Shown here one piece after another: positions 1 to 9,047 of a stretch of DNA of 64,000 bases. Positions within the stretch are counted from its first letter, which is position 1. The number at the start of each line of letters is the position of its first letter. The notes beneath the pieces are model-generated. The model was not told the origin of the DNA. It ran no database searches and saw only the letters and a program-made list of their open reading frames with translations. The position numbers and the translations under genes were made by a program. Source of the DNA: Sphingobacteriales bacterium (lineage in GTDB: Bacteria > Bacteroidota > Bacteroidia > Chitinophagales > CAIOSU01); contig JAIXOI010000012.1 of NCBI GenBank assembly GCA_027486795.1, positions 2,425 through 66,424 on the forward strand, in the 5' to 3' direction.

Positions 1-1157
1 GGCACTGCAAATGCGCGGCTGCTGTATACTTGAAAAGCGTGGCCCGCTTCGTGCGTAAGCACATCAATATCGTCGCTGGTGCCGTTAAAGTTTGAGTATA
101 TAAACGGTGCTTGATAGTCTGATAGCATAGTACAGTAGCCACCTGGTGCCTTGCCAGTTTTGGCTACCAAATCCATCAGGTTGTACTTCTGCATAAAATC
201 AAAAAACTCATTGGTTTCGGCAGAAAGCTCTTTGTACATAGTTTCGCCATGTGCAACTATCCAATCAGGGTTACCTTTTGGTTTGGCATTTCCGGTATTG
301 AATTTAAAGCCGTCGTCGTATATGCGCATTTTATCCAGGCCCAAACGCTCCTTCTGCTTTTGGCGCAATTTGCTCACCAAAGGCACTACGTTTTTCAATA
401 TCAACTCGCGATATGCTTTAACGTCTTTGGCGTTGTACTCGGTACGGTTCAATCGAGCATAAGACAACTCAACATAGTTTTTGTAACCGAGCTTTTGGGC
501 CATTTTGGCACGCACTTTCACCAAGTCGTCATATATGCGGTCTAGTTGCTCATGGTTGTCGCTCAAATAGCTAAAAAAGGCCTCCGTAGCACGCTTGCGC
601 TTGCTCCGGTCCTTATCGGTCATATATGGCTGTAGCTTCTGCAAATTACACTCCTCGCCATCAAACATTACCTTGGCCGACGACATCAACTTAGTATACT
701 CACTGCTTAGCTCGTTCTCACGTTGCATATCTTCAATCACCTCAGGATTAAAGGTATTGAGCTGACAAGCAGCCAAATCAAACAATTGCTTGCCAGTGCG
801 CGCTTCCAACTCGCCACGGAAATTGCTATTAAGCAACGCTCCGTAATAACGGTTGGTATATCCTTCCAGAATTGGCATATTCTGGTCGAAAAAATTCTGT
901 TCCCCTTCATAAAAAGCATCGCGGGTGTCAACAGTATGCCTAATAGATACCAAGGTATAAGCCGTATCGAATGCGCGACGAAGGGCATTAATCTGTTCCA
1001 TGGCCTCCCATTGCGAATCGGCACTGACGGCATTCTCAAAATCGGCAATAGCTTCGTTAAAATCATGCTCCACTTGCGCCATATCAGGGCGCTCGTATGC
1101 AATTTCCTCAAATCGTTTCATCGGCATTGCCGAAGCGGTATTGGTTATTGTATCCAT
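1..1157 (-). CDS. M3-family oligoendopeptidase (PepF-like), N-terminal ~385 aa; C-terminus lies beyond the left window edge
   Basis: Absent from the ORF track because it is open at the edge. My reverse-strand translation from the ATG at 1157 reads MDTITNTASAMPMKRFEEIAYERPDM... and ends ...DDIDVLTHEAGHAFQVYSSRAFAV. The HExxH zinc site is at about nt 29-43, in a context typical of M3B peptidases. Confidence 0.8.
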   Translation of the reverse strand, partial: MDTITNTASAMPMKRFEEIAYERPDMAQVEHDFNEAIADFENAVSADSQWEAMEQINALRRAFDTAYTLVSIRHTVDTRDAFYEGEQNFFDQNMPILEGYTNRYYGALLNSNFRGELEARTGKQLFDLAACQLNTFNPEVIEDMQRENELSSEYTKLMSSAKVMFDGEECNLQKLQPYMTDKDRSKRKRATEAFFSYLSDNHEQLDRIYDDLVKVRAKMAQKLGYKNYVELSYARLNRTEYNAKDVKAYRELILKNVVPLVSKLRQKQKERLGLDKMRIYDDGFKFNTGNAKPKGNPDWIVAHGETMYKELSAETNEFFDFMQKYNLMDLVAKTGKAPGGYCTMLSDYQAPFIYSNFNGTSDDIDVLTHEAGHAFQVYSSRAFAV

Positions 1158-1289
1158 TAATTATCTCTTTTTGCGGGTCTCAAACCTTGAAATTAGTTAA
1201 TAGTGACTAGTAATTTAGCACCTAAGTACCTATATTTCTTGCACTATTGTATTATTGCCAACTGCATAACAATTGCTAGCAACCCTAAA

Positions 1290-1814
1290 CTAGTGACTGG
1301 CAACCCTTTTAACATTATAAACGCCCCTTCCGTCGGCAATTGGCTTTGTTTTGTCTTCCTGCCAAGCAATCATGCTGGTAACGATAATTCTGTTGCCACT
1401 CCTGATAATTTGACCCTCTACATACAAGTCCAAAGGTTTGCCTGGTAAAAGATAATCAACACGCATATCAATGGTGCTAAGCTTATCTTCAAAGCTGACC
1501 AAGGTAGTCATGCCAGCAGCGCCACCTACCGAATCCATGGCAGTGGCCACTATACCACCGTGCAAGGCCCTTGTTCTAGGGTCACCAATCAACGCATCTT
1601 TAAACGGTACTTTTATTCTAGCATAACCCTCTCTTATCTCTTCTAACTTGAAACCCAGCAACTGATGCAGGGGTATCATGTTTTCTATAACGTTCTTATA
1701 CAACTCCTCTGGTGCCATAGCGCTACTTGATGTGAAATATTGAATTTTTAAAGTGGAAGGGGAAATTTCATTTGTTGCAATGTGCAACTGTTTTCCATCG
1801 CCTTCCTTTGCCAT
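1290..1814 (-). CDS. PaaI-family (hotdog fold) thioesterase
   Basis: 174-aa ORF. The motif ...LHGGIVATAMDSVGGAAG... and the overall length are typical of PaaI/YigI-type thioesterases. The true start may be an internal Met. Confidence 0.7.
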   Translation of the reverse strand: MAKEGDGKQLHIATNEISPSTLKIQYFTSSSAMAPEELYKNVIENMIPLHQLLGFKLEEIREGYARIKVPFKDALIGDPRTRALHGGIVATAMDSVGGAAGMTTLVSFEDKLSTIDMRVDYLLPGKPLDLYVEGQIIRSGNRIIVTSMIAWQEDKTKPIADGRGVYNVKRVASH

Positions 1815-1923
1815 TGTTTACTAATAACAAAGTTAGCCAATAAAATGTGTAGCTATAAACGAAACAACAAAAAGCCCGGAAGCTTTGGCAACCGGGCTTT
1901 TGATACAATTAGTACGTTGCAAA

Positions 1924-2547
1924 TTACTCTGCAGCTTCGGCAGCAACTTCAGCAACTGTCTCTTCTTCGTCAGCACTAGCTTTGAAAGTACCACGCAAAG
2001 CCCTTGGAACCTCAACAGAAGCAACAGGAAGTGGACCCTGATTCAAAATCTCAAAGTTAGCTTGAGAAATATTACGAACCTTGATAGATTTTCCAAGCTT
2101 CAAGTTGGTAACGTTCACCTCAACTTTGTCAACCAAGTTTTCAGGAGTCGACTTCACTTTTAGCTTGCGCAATTTTTGAATCAATTTACCACCAGCTTTT
2201 ACACCGTCAGCCTGACCAACCAAAACGATTGGAATGTCGGCAATGATCGTTTTTCCTGGTACCAACTCCAAAAAGTCGATATGTTGGATTTTATCAGACA
2301 CCGGGTGAAACTGGATGTCTTTTACCAACGCGGTATAAGTTTTGTCTTCCAATTTGATTTCGATTTTATAGAAATCAGGGCTATAAACGATTGGAGTGAA
2401 TGAATTGTAAGGGGCAGAGAACATTACATTGTCTGCACCACCATACAAGTTACAAAGCACTTCGCCAGTGTTTCTTAAATTTTTTGCGGCTTTTTTCCCG
2501 TTGTCTGTGCGAAGGGTGCCGTTTAGAACGATAGATTTCATTGTCAA
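1924..2547 (-). CDS. rplY: 50S ribosomal protein L25 / general stress protein Ctc
   Basis: 207-aa ORF with N-terminus MKSIVLNGTLRTDNGKKAAKNLRNTGEVLCNLYGG and an acidic Ala/Glu-rich tail. It lies directly downstream of prs, which is the conserved arrangement. Confidence 0.9.
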   Translation of the reverse strand: MTMKSIVLNGTLRTDNGKKAAKNLRNTGEVLCNLYGGADNVMFSAPYNSFTPIVYSPDFYKIEIKLEDKTYTALVKDIQFHPVSDKIQHIDFLELVPGKTIIADIPIVLVGQADGVKAGGKLIQKLRKLKVKSTPENLVDKVEVNVTNLKLGKSIKVRNISQANFEILNQGPLPVASVEVPRALRGTFKASADEEETVAEVAAEAAE

Positions 2548-2562
2548 ATTTGTTTAAAATAC

Positions 2563-3504
2563 TTATAGCGCGCCGACAAACAGCGAGGTTATTGATTTAT
2601 GTTCATGCGTATTGCGAATGGCCGTTGCAAAGATATTGGCTACCGAAAGAACCTTAATCTTATCGCTTTGGCGTTTCAATGGAATGGTATCGCACACACC
2701 AATTTCAGTTAAAGCTGAGGCTTCAATGCGCTCGTAAGCCTTACCAGAAAGCACTGGGTGGGTGATATATGCCCTAACACTGCGTGCGCCTTGCTCCATA
2801 ATAAGGTTAGCAGCATTTACAAGTGTACCGGCAGTATCTACCATGTCATCCACAATAATTACGTTCTTTCCCCTTACATCGCCTATCACAGTCATGCTTT
2901 CAATTTCATTGGCACGTTTTCGGTGCTTGTCGCAAATCACCAAATCGGCCTCAAAATGCTGAGCGTAACCACGAGCACGTTTAGTGCTACCTACATCGGG
3001 CGAAGCAAAAGCCAAGTTATCCAAACCGAGGCTCTCGATATATGGAATAAAAATAGCCGAGCTGCTTAAGTGATCCACAGGAATATCAAAAAACCCTTGA
3101 ATCTGGCCCGCATGCAAGTCCATGGTCATTACCCTATTTGCTCCGGCCGCAGTAATCAAATTGGCAACCAGTTTGGCACCAATCGCTACACGCGGACGGT
3201 CTTTACGGTCTTGACGAGCAAGGCCGAAATAAGGAATAACCGCAGTGATATAATCGGCAGAGGCCCTTTTGGCTGCATCAATAATCATGAGCAATTCCAT
3301 TAGGTTGTCTGACGATGGGAAAGTTGATTGTATAATGAAAAAGAACGAACCCCTTACCGACTCAGAGATGATGGGTTGGAACTCACCATCGCTAAACCGC
3401 TCAATTGCTAAACTACCCAAAGGCTTGCCATACGATTCCGCAACACGCTCTGCCAAGTATCTGGAAGCACTGCCGGAAAAGATTTTTACCTCTTGATTAT
3501 TCAT
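2563..3504 (-). CDS. prs: ribose-phosphate pyrophosphokinase
   Basis: 313-aa ORF containing ...RFSDGE..., ...ARQDRK..., and the PRPP-binding loop VIIVDDMVDTAGT. Confidence 0.95.
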   Translation of the reverse strand: MNNQEVKIFSGSASRYLAERVAESYGKPLGSLAIERFSDGEFQPIISESVRGSFFFIIQSTFPSSDNLMELLMIIDAAKRASADYITAVIPYFGLARQDRKDRPRVAIGAKLVANLITAAGANRVMTMDLHAGQIQGFFDIPVDHLSSSAIFIPYIESLGLDNLAFASPDVGSTKRARGYAQHFEADLVICDKHRKRANEIESMTVIGDVRGKNVIIVDDMVDTAGTLVNAANLIMEQGARSVRAYITHPVLSGKAYERIEASALTEIGVCDTIPLKRQSDKIKVLSVANIFATAIRNTHEHKSITSLFVGAL

Positions 3505-3953
3505 AATTGGGTCAGTCTATCAGCAAAGGGAGCACAAAGATAGCAATTGTGTATTATTATTCCAACAAAAATTGGGTAACAATTGAATTGTAAATAGATA
3601 ACGCAAAACAATGAGGCCAATACTGGGGTTAAACTCAGTGCACAATACTTACAATAGCGTAATTAATTTGTTACAAGCTATTGATATGCAGCAAAAAAAG
3701 CCCACAGTTGCCTAAACAGTAATGGCATCAATTCCTAAAAGATAATATACTGTAACGCTCATGATGTAGCATAAAGAGATAACTTTTCAAGCAAAATAAA
3801 ACAATGTAAAAGTGCCTATGGGATTCTACCATAATCACCCTATCTTACCCGTTATTAGTTAACTCAAATCGTAGCCAATGTTGCTGCAGATGCGGTTTTG
3901 CAAAGCAAAGTGATTGATTTTGACGCACTGTATTGTAATAAAATTTATAAAGC

Positions 3954-5087
3954 TTGATTTATAAAAACATAGTTGGTTGGCATTGGGTTGCCCTTGTTGC
4001 TGGAGCCATGATACTTGCAAGTGCTCAAGGTTGCCTGCCGGTGCGGGCATTGTTATTAACCAGCCCAGACCATAAAGACAGTAAAAGGTTTGATAGTGAC
4101 ATTATAAAAGCTAGCAATCAACCATTTCAGTTCAGTAAGGCAGATAAACGTTGGGAGAAGCAGCTAAAAGTAAACGACTGGACTACCGACCTACCCGTAT
4201 TTTCGGCCATTGAAGATGTGGTAGCTAAGCATAATACCTCGGCACTGGTTATCATTAGAAATGACACTATTCTTACTGAATATTTTAAAGAGGGCAGTGC
4301 AACTGATGAGAAGCATGCCTCCTACTCCATGGCTAAATCGGTTACCTCGGCACTTATTGGCATTGCTATACAAGAGGGCTATATTGGCAGTGTTGATGAA
4401 TTGGTAAAGCAATACCTACCTGAGTTAAACTTCCATCCCTATTTCGATAGGCTTACCATTCGGCACTTGCTTAATCACACCTCGGGCATTAAATACTCGC
4501 TCACCATTGATGCCTTTATATACTATGGCAAAGATGTTTGGAAGGGCATTAACCAAATTGACTTTGATACCCTACCCGGCACCAAACAAAGCTACCTGAA
4601 CACTAACTCGCAACTACTGGGTATGGTACTAGAGCGGGCAACAAAAACCACAACCAGCCAGTACCTGCAAACCAAAATTTGGCAACCGCTTGGTATGGAG
4701 TCGGACGCGTTTTGGAGTACCGATAACAAAGGCCAAGCCAAAACTTATTGTTGCCTGAACGCCACCGCGTATGATTATGCCAAGTTTGGGAGGTTGTACC
4801 TTAACAATGGCAATTGGCAGGGCAAACAAATAATAAACGAAGCTTGGGTGAAACAAAGCATTGCCCGCGATACTACCCAAGGAAGTAGCCATGGCTACAA
4901 CTTCAGTTGGCACATTGGGCTTAAAGAGTACAACGATTTTATGGCCATTGGCCTATACAAACAACACATTTACATCAACCCCGAAAAGCAACTGATAATA
5001 GTGCTACTCAACCATAAAGAAGATAAGCTGAAAGCCGAACGGGTAAACTGGTGGTATGTGTTTAGGCAAATTGCCGACCAATTGTAA
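3954..5087 (+). CDS. serine hydrolase, beta-lactamase/transpeptidase-like family, probably a lipoprotein
   Basis: 377-aa ORF with an SxxK motif (YSMAKSVTSALIG) and a YxN-like region. The N-terminus LASAQGC resembles a lipobox. The track start is TTG at 3954; an ATG at 4008 is an alternative start. Confidence 0.75.
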   Translation: MIYKNIVGWHWVALVAGAMILASAQGCLPVRALLLTSPDHKDSKRFDSDIIKASNQPFQFSKADKRWEKQLKVNDWTTDLPVFSAIEDVVAKHNTSALVIIRNDTILTEYFKEGSATDEKHASYSMAKSVTSALIGIAIQEGYIGSVDELVKQYLPELNFHPYFDRLTIRHLLNHTSGIKYSLTIDAFIYYGKDVWKGINQIDFDTLPGTKQSYLNTNSQLLGMVLERATKTTTSQYLQTKIWQPLGMESDAFWSTDNKGQAKTYCCLNATAYDYAKFGRLYLNNGNWQGKQIINEAWVKQSIARDTTQGSSHGYNFSWHIGLKEYNDFMAIGLYKQHIYINPEKQLIIVLLNHKEDKLKAERVNWWYVFRQIADQL

Positions 5088-5232
5088 TTGCGCTAGATGG
5101 CTACAATAATAGTATTTAAAATGCTCACAGGTAATTTACGCTAATATGTAATGGTGTAAACCGGTAATGCCCCAAAACAATATTGCCGAAAAACTTACAG
5201 CAAGCAGCTTAAGCAATTGTGCAGCATTGTTG

Positions 5233-5916
5233 CTACCGATAAGTAACTAACAGTTTATTGTGCTCTAAATGGCTATAATCATTAAAGGTACTTAATGAGA
5301 GTCCGTTTCGGCTTGAAATTATTTTGGTCACGCTGGTATTTACAATACGCTGTTGCAAATTGAAGAATGCTTGGGTGTCAAGATTTAACAGTTTCATCAT
5401 TACTGCGCTAATTGGGCCACCAGAAGTAAACACAATTGCATCTTGATCTTTCTGTAAAGTTCTTCCGAGCTCGTTTAACGCTTCCCAAACACCTGCTTTA
5501 AATTGCTCCCAAGTTTTGGTATAACTATGCTTATCCTGAATCCAATCCCACATGGCATCATTCAATATTTTCTGCAGTTCTTTTAGTGGCACTTCACTTT
5601 TAATAATGTGTGCACCTATTGCTTCAAAATCGGTAAATACTGGGTTGTGCTTTACTAGCAGTTCTGTATGGTCGTATTCGTTCCAGGCAGGTACTACTGC
5701 ACTTTCCATTTCAAACATTTGCGCTGCTAGGTAACCATCTTTTGTTTGAATATGTCGTTTTAACGAACCTCCAACAACAGCACTTGGTGCAAATTTTCTA
5801 TGGTTGAGCGCAGTGCCTAAAATACTGGCTTGCTCTTCGCCTAAGGGCGTTAGCAGGTCATAATCTGCACTAAACAAACTTGCCTGGCCATGACGCACCA
5901 AATAGATAACTGACAT
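5233..5916 (-). CDS. histidine phosphatase (phosphoglycerate mutase) family protein
   Basis: 227-aa ORF with the N-terminal RHG motif (VIYLVRHGQASL). It is the last gene of an apparent three-gene operon. Confidence 0.75.
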   Translation of the reverse strand: MSVIYLVRHGQASLFSADYDLLTPLGEEQASILGTALNHRKFAPSAVVGGSLKRHIQTKDGYLAAQMFEMESAVVPAWNEYDHTELLVKHNPVFTDFEAIGAHIIKSEVPLKELQKILNDAMWDWIQDKHSYTKTWEQFKAGVWEALNELGRTLQKDQDAIVFTSGGPISAVMMKLLNLDTQAFFNLQQRIVNTSVTKIISSRNGLSLSTFNDYSHLEHNKLLVTYR

Positions 5917-5923
5917 AGGAGGG

Positions 5924-6973
5924 CTACTTTTGGTTGATGATGTTTTGGCAAGTAACGATAATATAGTTAGATATCATCCAGAAATTTTTGAATGCCTTAT
6001 TCGTGGTCAAACCTTTCGAATAACGAAAATAGATTTGCTGCACAATACCCGCCAACCGAAACAGGCCATAGACCCTGTAAAACCTAAAATCGCCAATCTC
6101 AATGCCACTTCGGCGCTGGTAATAATCAATTACCTCCTTGCGCGTCATCATGCCTGCTACATTGCTTGGCTGCCTGCGTAGCGATTTAATAAAGAAGTCA
6201 TCCTTTTCTTCGACCCAATAAGCCAAACTGTTGCCCAAATCCATTAAAGGGTCGCCAATGGCAGCCAATTCCCAATCGAGCACCCCAACTATATCGGCCA
6301 AATCGTGAGGGTTCAGCACCACATTATCCAACCGAAAATCGTTGTGCACAATACTAAGCCGTTCTTCCTTAGGTATGTTTTGCTCCAGCCACTTCATTAC
6401 CTTTTTACCCGAAAGCACGTTCCAGGTTTTGGCATTGGCATAGCGCTTGTTCCAACCCACTATTTGGCGCTCCACATAGCCATCTCCTTTACCTAGCGAG
6501 TTCAATCCCTCTTTTTCATAATCTATTTTATGCAGTTCAATCATTTTATCCCAAAACGAGGTACAAAGCGTTGACGCTACTTGCTCGTTAGGCTGATACC
6601 CTTTGGGGAAATTTTCACGAGGAATAACGCCCTCAATGGGTTCCATTACATAAAACATAGAACCTAAAACTGCTTCATCTTCACAGAGTGCAATCATGCC
6701 CGGCACGTAGTTAAAATGGGGCTTTATTGCGTTTTGTAAGTGAAACTCACGCGCCATATCATGCGCACCACTTGCCTTAGCACCTAAAGGAGCGCGCCGA
6801 AGGATTAAATCCTGCTGCTCAAAATGCAACCGATACGTCCAATTGGATGCACCACCAGAAAACTGTTTTATAGAAGGTACGCCCTGAACGTTGGGCACAT
6901 GCTGGGCCAACCAAGGCAATATAGCATCCAAATCAAGTTCTTCTCCCTTCCTACTGTTACCTTCCATTTTCAT
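5924..6973 (-). CDS. phosphotransferase (APH / ACAD10-ACAD11 kinase-like) family protein
   Basis: 349-aa ORF with FSGGASNWTYRL near the N-terminus, a Brenner-like HNDFRLDNVV and a DWE motif. It lies 13 nt downstream of the acyl-CoA dehydrogenase gene. Confidence 0.8.
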   Translation of the reverse strand: MKMEGNSRKGEELDLDAILPWLAQHVPNVQGVPSIKQFSGGASNWTYRLHFEQQDLILRRAPLGAKASGAHDMAREFHLQNAIKPHFNYVPGMIALCEDEAVLGSMFYVMEPIEGVIPRENFPKGYQPNEQVASTLCTSFWDKMIELHKIDYEKEGLNSLGKGDGYVERQIVGWNKRYANAKTWNVLSGKKVMKWLEQNIPKEERLSIVHNDFRLDNVVLNPHDLADIVGVLDWELAAIGDPLMDLGNSLAYWVEEKDDFFIKSLRRQPSNVAGMMTRKEVIDYYQRRSGIEIGDFRFYRVYGLFRLAGIVQQIYFRYSKGLTTNKAFKNFWMISNYIIVTCQNIINQK

Positions 6974-6986
6974 TGTACTGTTAGTG

Positions 6987-8210
6987 TTAATGCAAATGCT
7001 TACCTATTTCAATTTTCGAAATTACCCCTTTGTGCACTTCATCAGGTCCATCGGCCAAACGAAGGGCTCTTGCCTGCAAGAAGAAGCTACTTAAAGGAAA
7101 ATCAGTTGAAAGCCCCACCCCACCGTGCATTTGCATGGCCATATCAGTTACTTGTTGCAACACCTGCGGTGCCACTACTTTTATGGCCGAAATCTCCGTC
7201 ATGCTGTGCTTTACCCCTACAGCATCTATTTTCCAAGCAGCATAGTGCGTAAGTAATCTTGCTTGATCAATGGCTATACGAGCATCGGCAATTCTTTCTG
7301 CATTGCCCCCCAGTTTGTTTAAAGGTTTACCGAACGCTACTCGTTCATTTCCACGTTTTATCATCAACTCCAATGCCCTTTCTGCTGCACCTATGCAGCG
7401 CATACAGTGATGAATGCGTCCAGGTCCTAGCCTACCTTGGGCAATGGCAAAACCTGCTCCAAATTTAAGTATCAAATTTGCCTTTGGCACTCGTACGTTT
7501 TTAAACAAAACCTCGCCATGGCCGGCTGGTGCATCAAACGCGCCAAAAGTGGGTAGCATTCTTTTTATAGTTACACCTGCAGTTTCTAGCGGAACCAAAA
7601 CCATACTGTGTTGCTGGTGGCGCTCTTCGGTGCCTTTGGTTTTGCCCATCACTATGGCTATTTTGGCATGCGGATGGCCCAATCCAGTAGTCCACCATTT
7701 AGTGCCATTAATCACTATCTCGTCGCCATCAGGTTCAATGCTTGTTTCAATGTTAGTTGCATCCGATGAGGCCACATCAGGCTCGGTCATACAAAAAACT
7801 GATTTGATGGTGCCTGCTAACATAGGCTCTAACCATTGCTTCTTCTGCTCATCGCTACCAAAATGGAAAAGCACTTCCATGTTGCCCGTATCTGGTGCGT
7901 TACAATTAAATATTTCAGCGGCATTGTACACCTTGCCCATCTCCTCGGCCAATGGGGCATATTCAATGGTAGATAGCCCTTGGCCTAGTTTGTTATCTGG
8001 CAAAAACAAATTCCACAGTCCTGCAGCCTTTGCTTTTTGCTTCAATTCCTCCAGTTTGGGGTGCTCGCTCCACGTTTTCCAATCAGCAGAAAGATTATGC
8101 TGCTCATGGTAAGCTACCAATTCCTGTTCAAAAGGATACAAATTCTCTTGCATAAACAACTTCAGTTGTTGCAGCAACTCAGCCGAACGTGGCGTATTGT
8201 TAAAATCCAT
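6987..8210 (-). CDS. acyl-CoA dehydrogenase, ACAD10/11 (FadE2-like) type
   Basis: 407-aa ORF containing ...CMTEPDVASSDATNI..., a C-terminal ...LRLADGPDEVH... and GRIHHCMR. Confidence 0.9.
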   Translation of the reverse strand: MDFNNTPRSAELLQQLKLFMQENLYPFEQELVAYHEQHNLSADWKTWSEHPKLEELKQKAKAAGLWNLFLPDNKLGQGLSTIEYAPLAEEMGKVYNAAEIFNCNAPDTGNMEVLFHFGSDEQKKQWLEPMLAGTIKSVFCMTEPDVASSDATNIETSIEPDGDEIVINGTKWWTTGLGHPHAKIAIVMGKTKGTEERHQQHSMVLVPLETAGVTIKRMLPTFGAFDAPAGHGEVLFKNVRVPKANLILKFGAGFAIAQGRLGPGRIHHCMRCIGAAERALELMIKRGNERVAFGKPLNKLGGNAERIADARIAIDQARLLTHYAAWKIDAVGVKHSMTEISAIKVVAPQVLQQVTDMAMQMHGGVGLSTDFPLSSFFLQARALRLADGPDEVHKGVISKIEIGKHLH

Positions 8211-8398
8211 TACTTACTGTTTATTGCTAAACATGAAGCCGCTGCTCACAGCAACTAACATGGCTCAGCATTGATAAATTCAACAGTAAAATAAGCAATT
8301 ATTTCAAACCCAAATAATGCAGAACATGCACCAATATTGAACTGCCCACAAAACAAGAAAGCGTTTTCTCGATAAAAACGAGAAATGACTTTCTTTGT

Positions 8399-8490
8399 GT
8401 CAGGGTGGTAGGATTGCTAAAGCGAGGGCTGCGCCGTTCGAACCTACGACTCGCCCGATTCAATATCGGGATGCATTACCGGACTGCGTT
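8399..8490 (-). pseudogene. tRNA-like copy A: D arm to 3' acceptor strand retained, 5' acceptor strand missing, 23-nt insertion in the T-loop
   Basis: Aligned by eye to the tRNA-Pro and tRNA-like genes at 8953-9123. It shares ggtggYaggatt...tcgaacctacgac, the anticodon arm cccgaTATTGAAtcggg and the D arm gcagtccggtaatgc. The sequence gatttaa replaces the 5' acceptor strand. Confidence 0.6.
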
Positions 8491-8513
8491 AAATCAAATT
8501 TACATTTTGGCAC

Positions 8514-8544
8514 AAAACGAAAAAAGCCCAGCATTGCTGCTGAG
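8514..8544 (-). terminator. rho-independent terminator downstream of tRNA-like copy B
   Basis: The minus-strand RNA reads CUCAGCA-GCAA-UGCUGGG, a 7-bp stem with one G.U pair and a GNRA loop, followed by CUUUUUUCGUUUUG. Confidence 0.6.
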
Positions 8545-8554
8545 CTCTCTCTAA

Positions 8555-8636
8555 GTCGGGGTGGCAGGATTGCTAAAGCGAGGGCTGCGCCGTTCGAACC
8601 TACGACTCGCGCGATTCAATATCGGGATGCGCGGTA
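8555..8636 (-). pseudogene. tRNA-like copy B: 3' acceptor strand, T arm with the same 23-nt insertion, and anticodon arm; homology ends in the D stem
   Basis: Near-identical to copy A over gtcRgggtggYaggattgctaaagcgagggctgcgccgttcgaacctacgactcgcScgattcaatatcgggatgc. Its anticodon-arm region encodes the last ~12 codons and the stop of the GIY-YIG ORF. Confidence 0.6.
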
Positions 8637-8887
8637 TCAATATCTTGTGTAGAAATCCATTGTAACATATAAGATGGGTTCTTGAATCTCTTAAGCTTAC
8701 GCTCCAAGGCAACTGCCTCATCTCTTGATTCAAATAATTGGGAATACACTACAACCCATGGCCCCCTGCCTTTTGTGGATTTATTGTGTCCAGCATTATG
8801 CCGATACAAACGGTCTTCCAAGTCATTGGTCTGGCCAATGTAATATTTTCCACTTGTTTTAGATTGTAGGATGTAGGTAAAATACAT
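8600..8887 (-). CDS. GIY-YIG nuclease family protein (small stand-alone URI domain)
   Basis: 95-aa ORF starting MYFTYILQSKTSGKYYIGQTNDLEDRLYRHNAGH...PW, with a conserved Arg and Glu (EAVALERKLK). The C-terminal DTAHPDIESRES is read from tRNA-like copy B. Confidence 0.8.
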   Translation of the reverse strand: MYFTYILQSKTSGKYYIGQTNDLEDRLYRHNAGHNKSTKGRGPWVVVYSQLFESRDEAVALERKLKRFKNPSYMLQWISTQDIDTAHPDIESRES

Positions 8888-8903
8888 ATCCTAAAAATAA
8901 GAC

Positions 8904-8945
8904 TAAAAACAAAAAGAGGCAATCTCATCTCTGAAATTGCCTCTT
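8904..8945 (-). terminator. rho-independent terminator after tRNA-Pro
   Basis: 10-bp stem aagaggcaat/attgcctctt (8914-8923 and 8936-8945), followed on the minus strand by a T-run. Confidence 0.7.
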
Positions 8946-8952
8946 CTTTGCG

Positions 8953-9026
8953 TCGGGGTGGCAGGATTCGAACCTACGACCCCCTGGTCCCAAACCAGGT
9001 GCGCTACCGGACTGCGCTACACCCCG
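8953..9026 (-). tRNA. tRNA-Pro (anticodon TGG)
   Basis: Hand-folded cloverleaf: CGGGGTG TA GCGC AGTCCGGTA GCGC A CCTGG TTTGGGA CCAGG GGGTC GTAGG TTCGAAT CCTGC CACCCCG A. All four stems pair and the T-loop is canonical. Confidence 0.9.
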
Positions 9027-9047
9027 CAATATTTTATTCCCATTCAA

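Noticed and set aside
3505-3953. 449-nt gene-free region between prs and the serine hydrolase as a possible ncRNA locus
   Set aside because: It is a divergent promoter region. I could not see a convincing conserved structure, repeat or known RNA motif by eye.
8395-8652. 85-aa plus-strand ORF with an internally repeated peptide (GGRIAKARAAPFEPTTR twice)
   Set aside because: The repeated peptide is simply the translation of the two tRNA-like DNA copies on the opposite strand. There is no independent coding signal.
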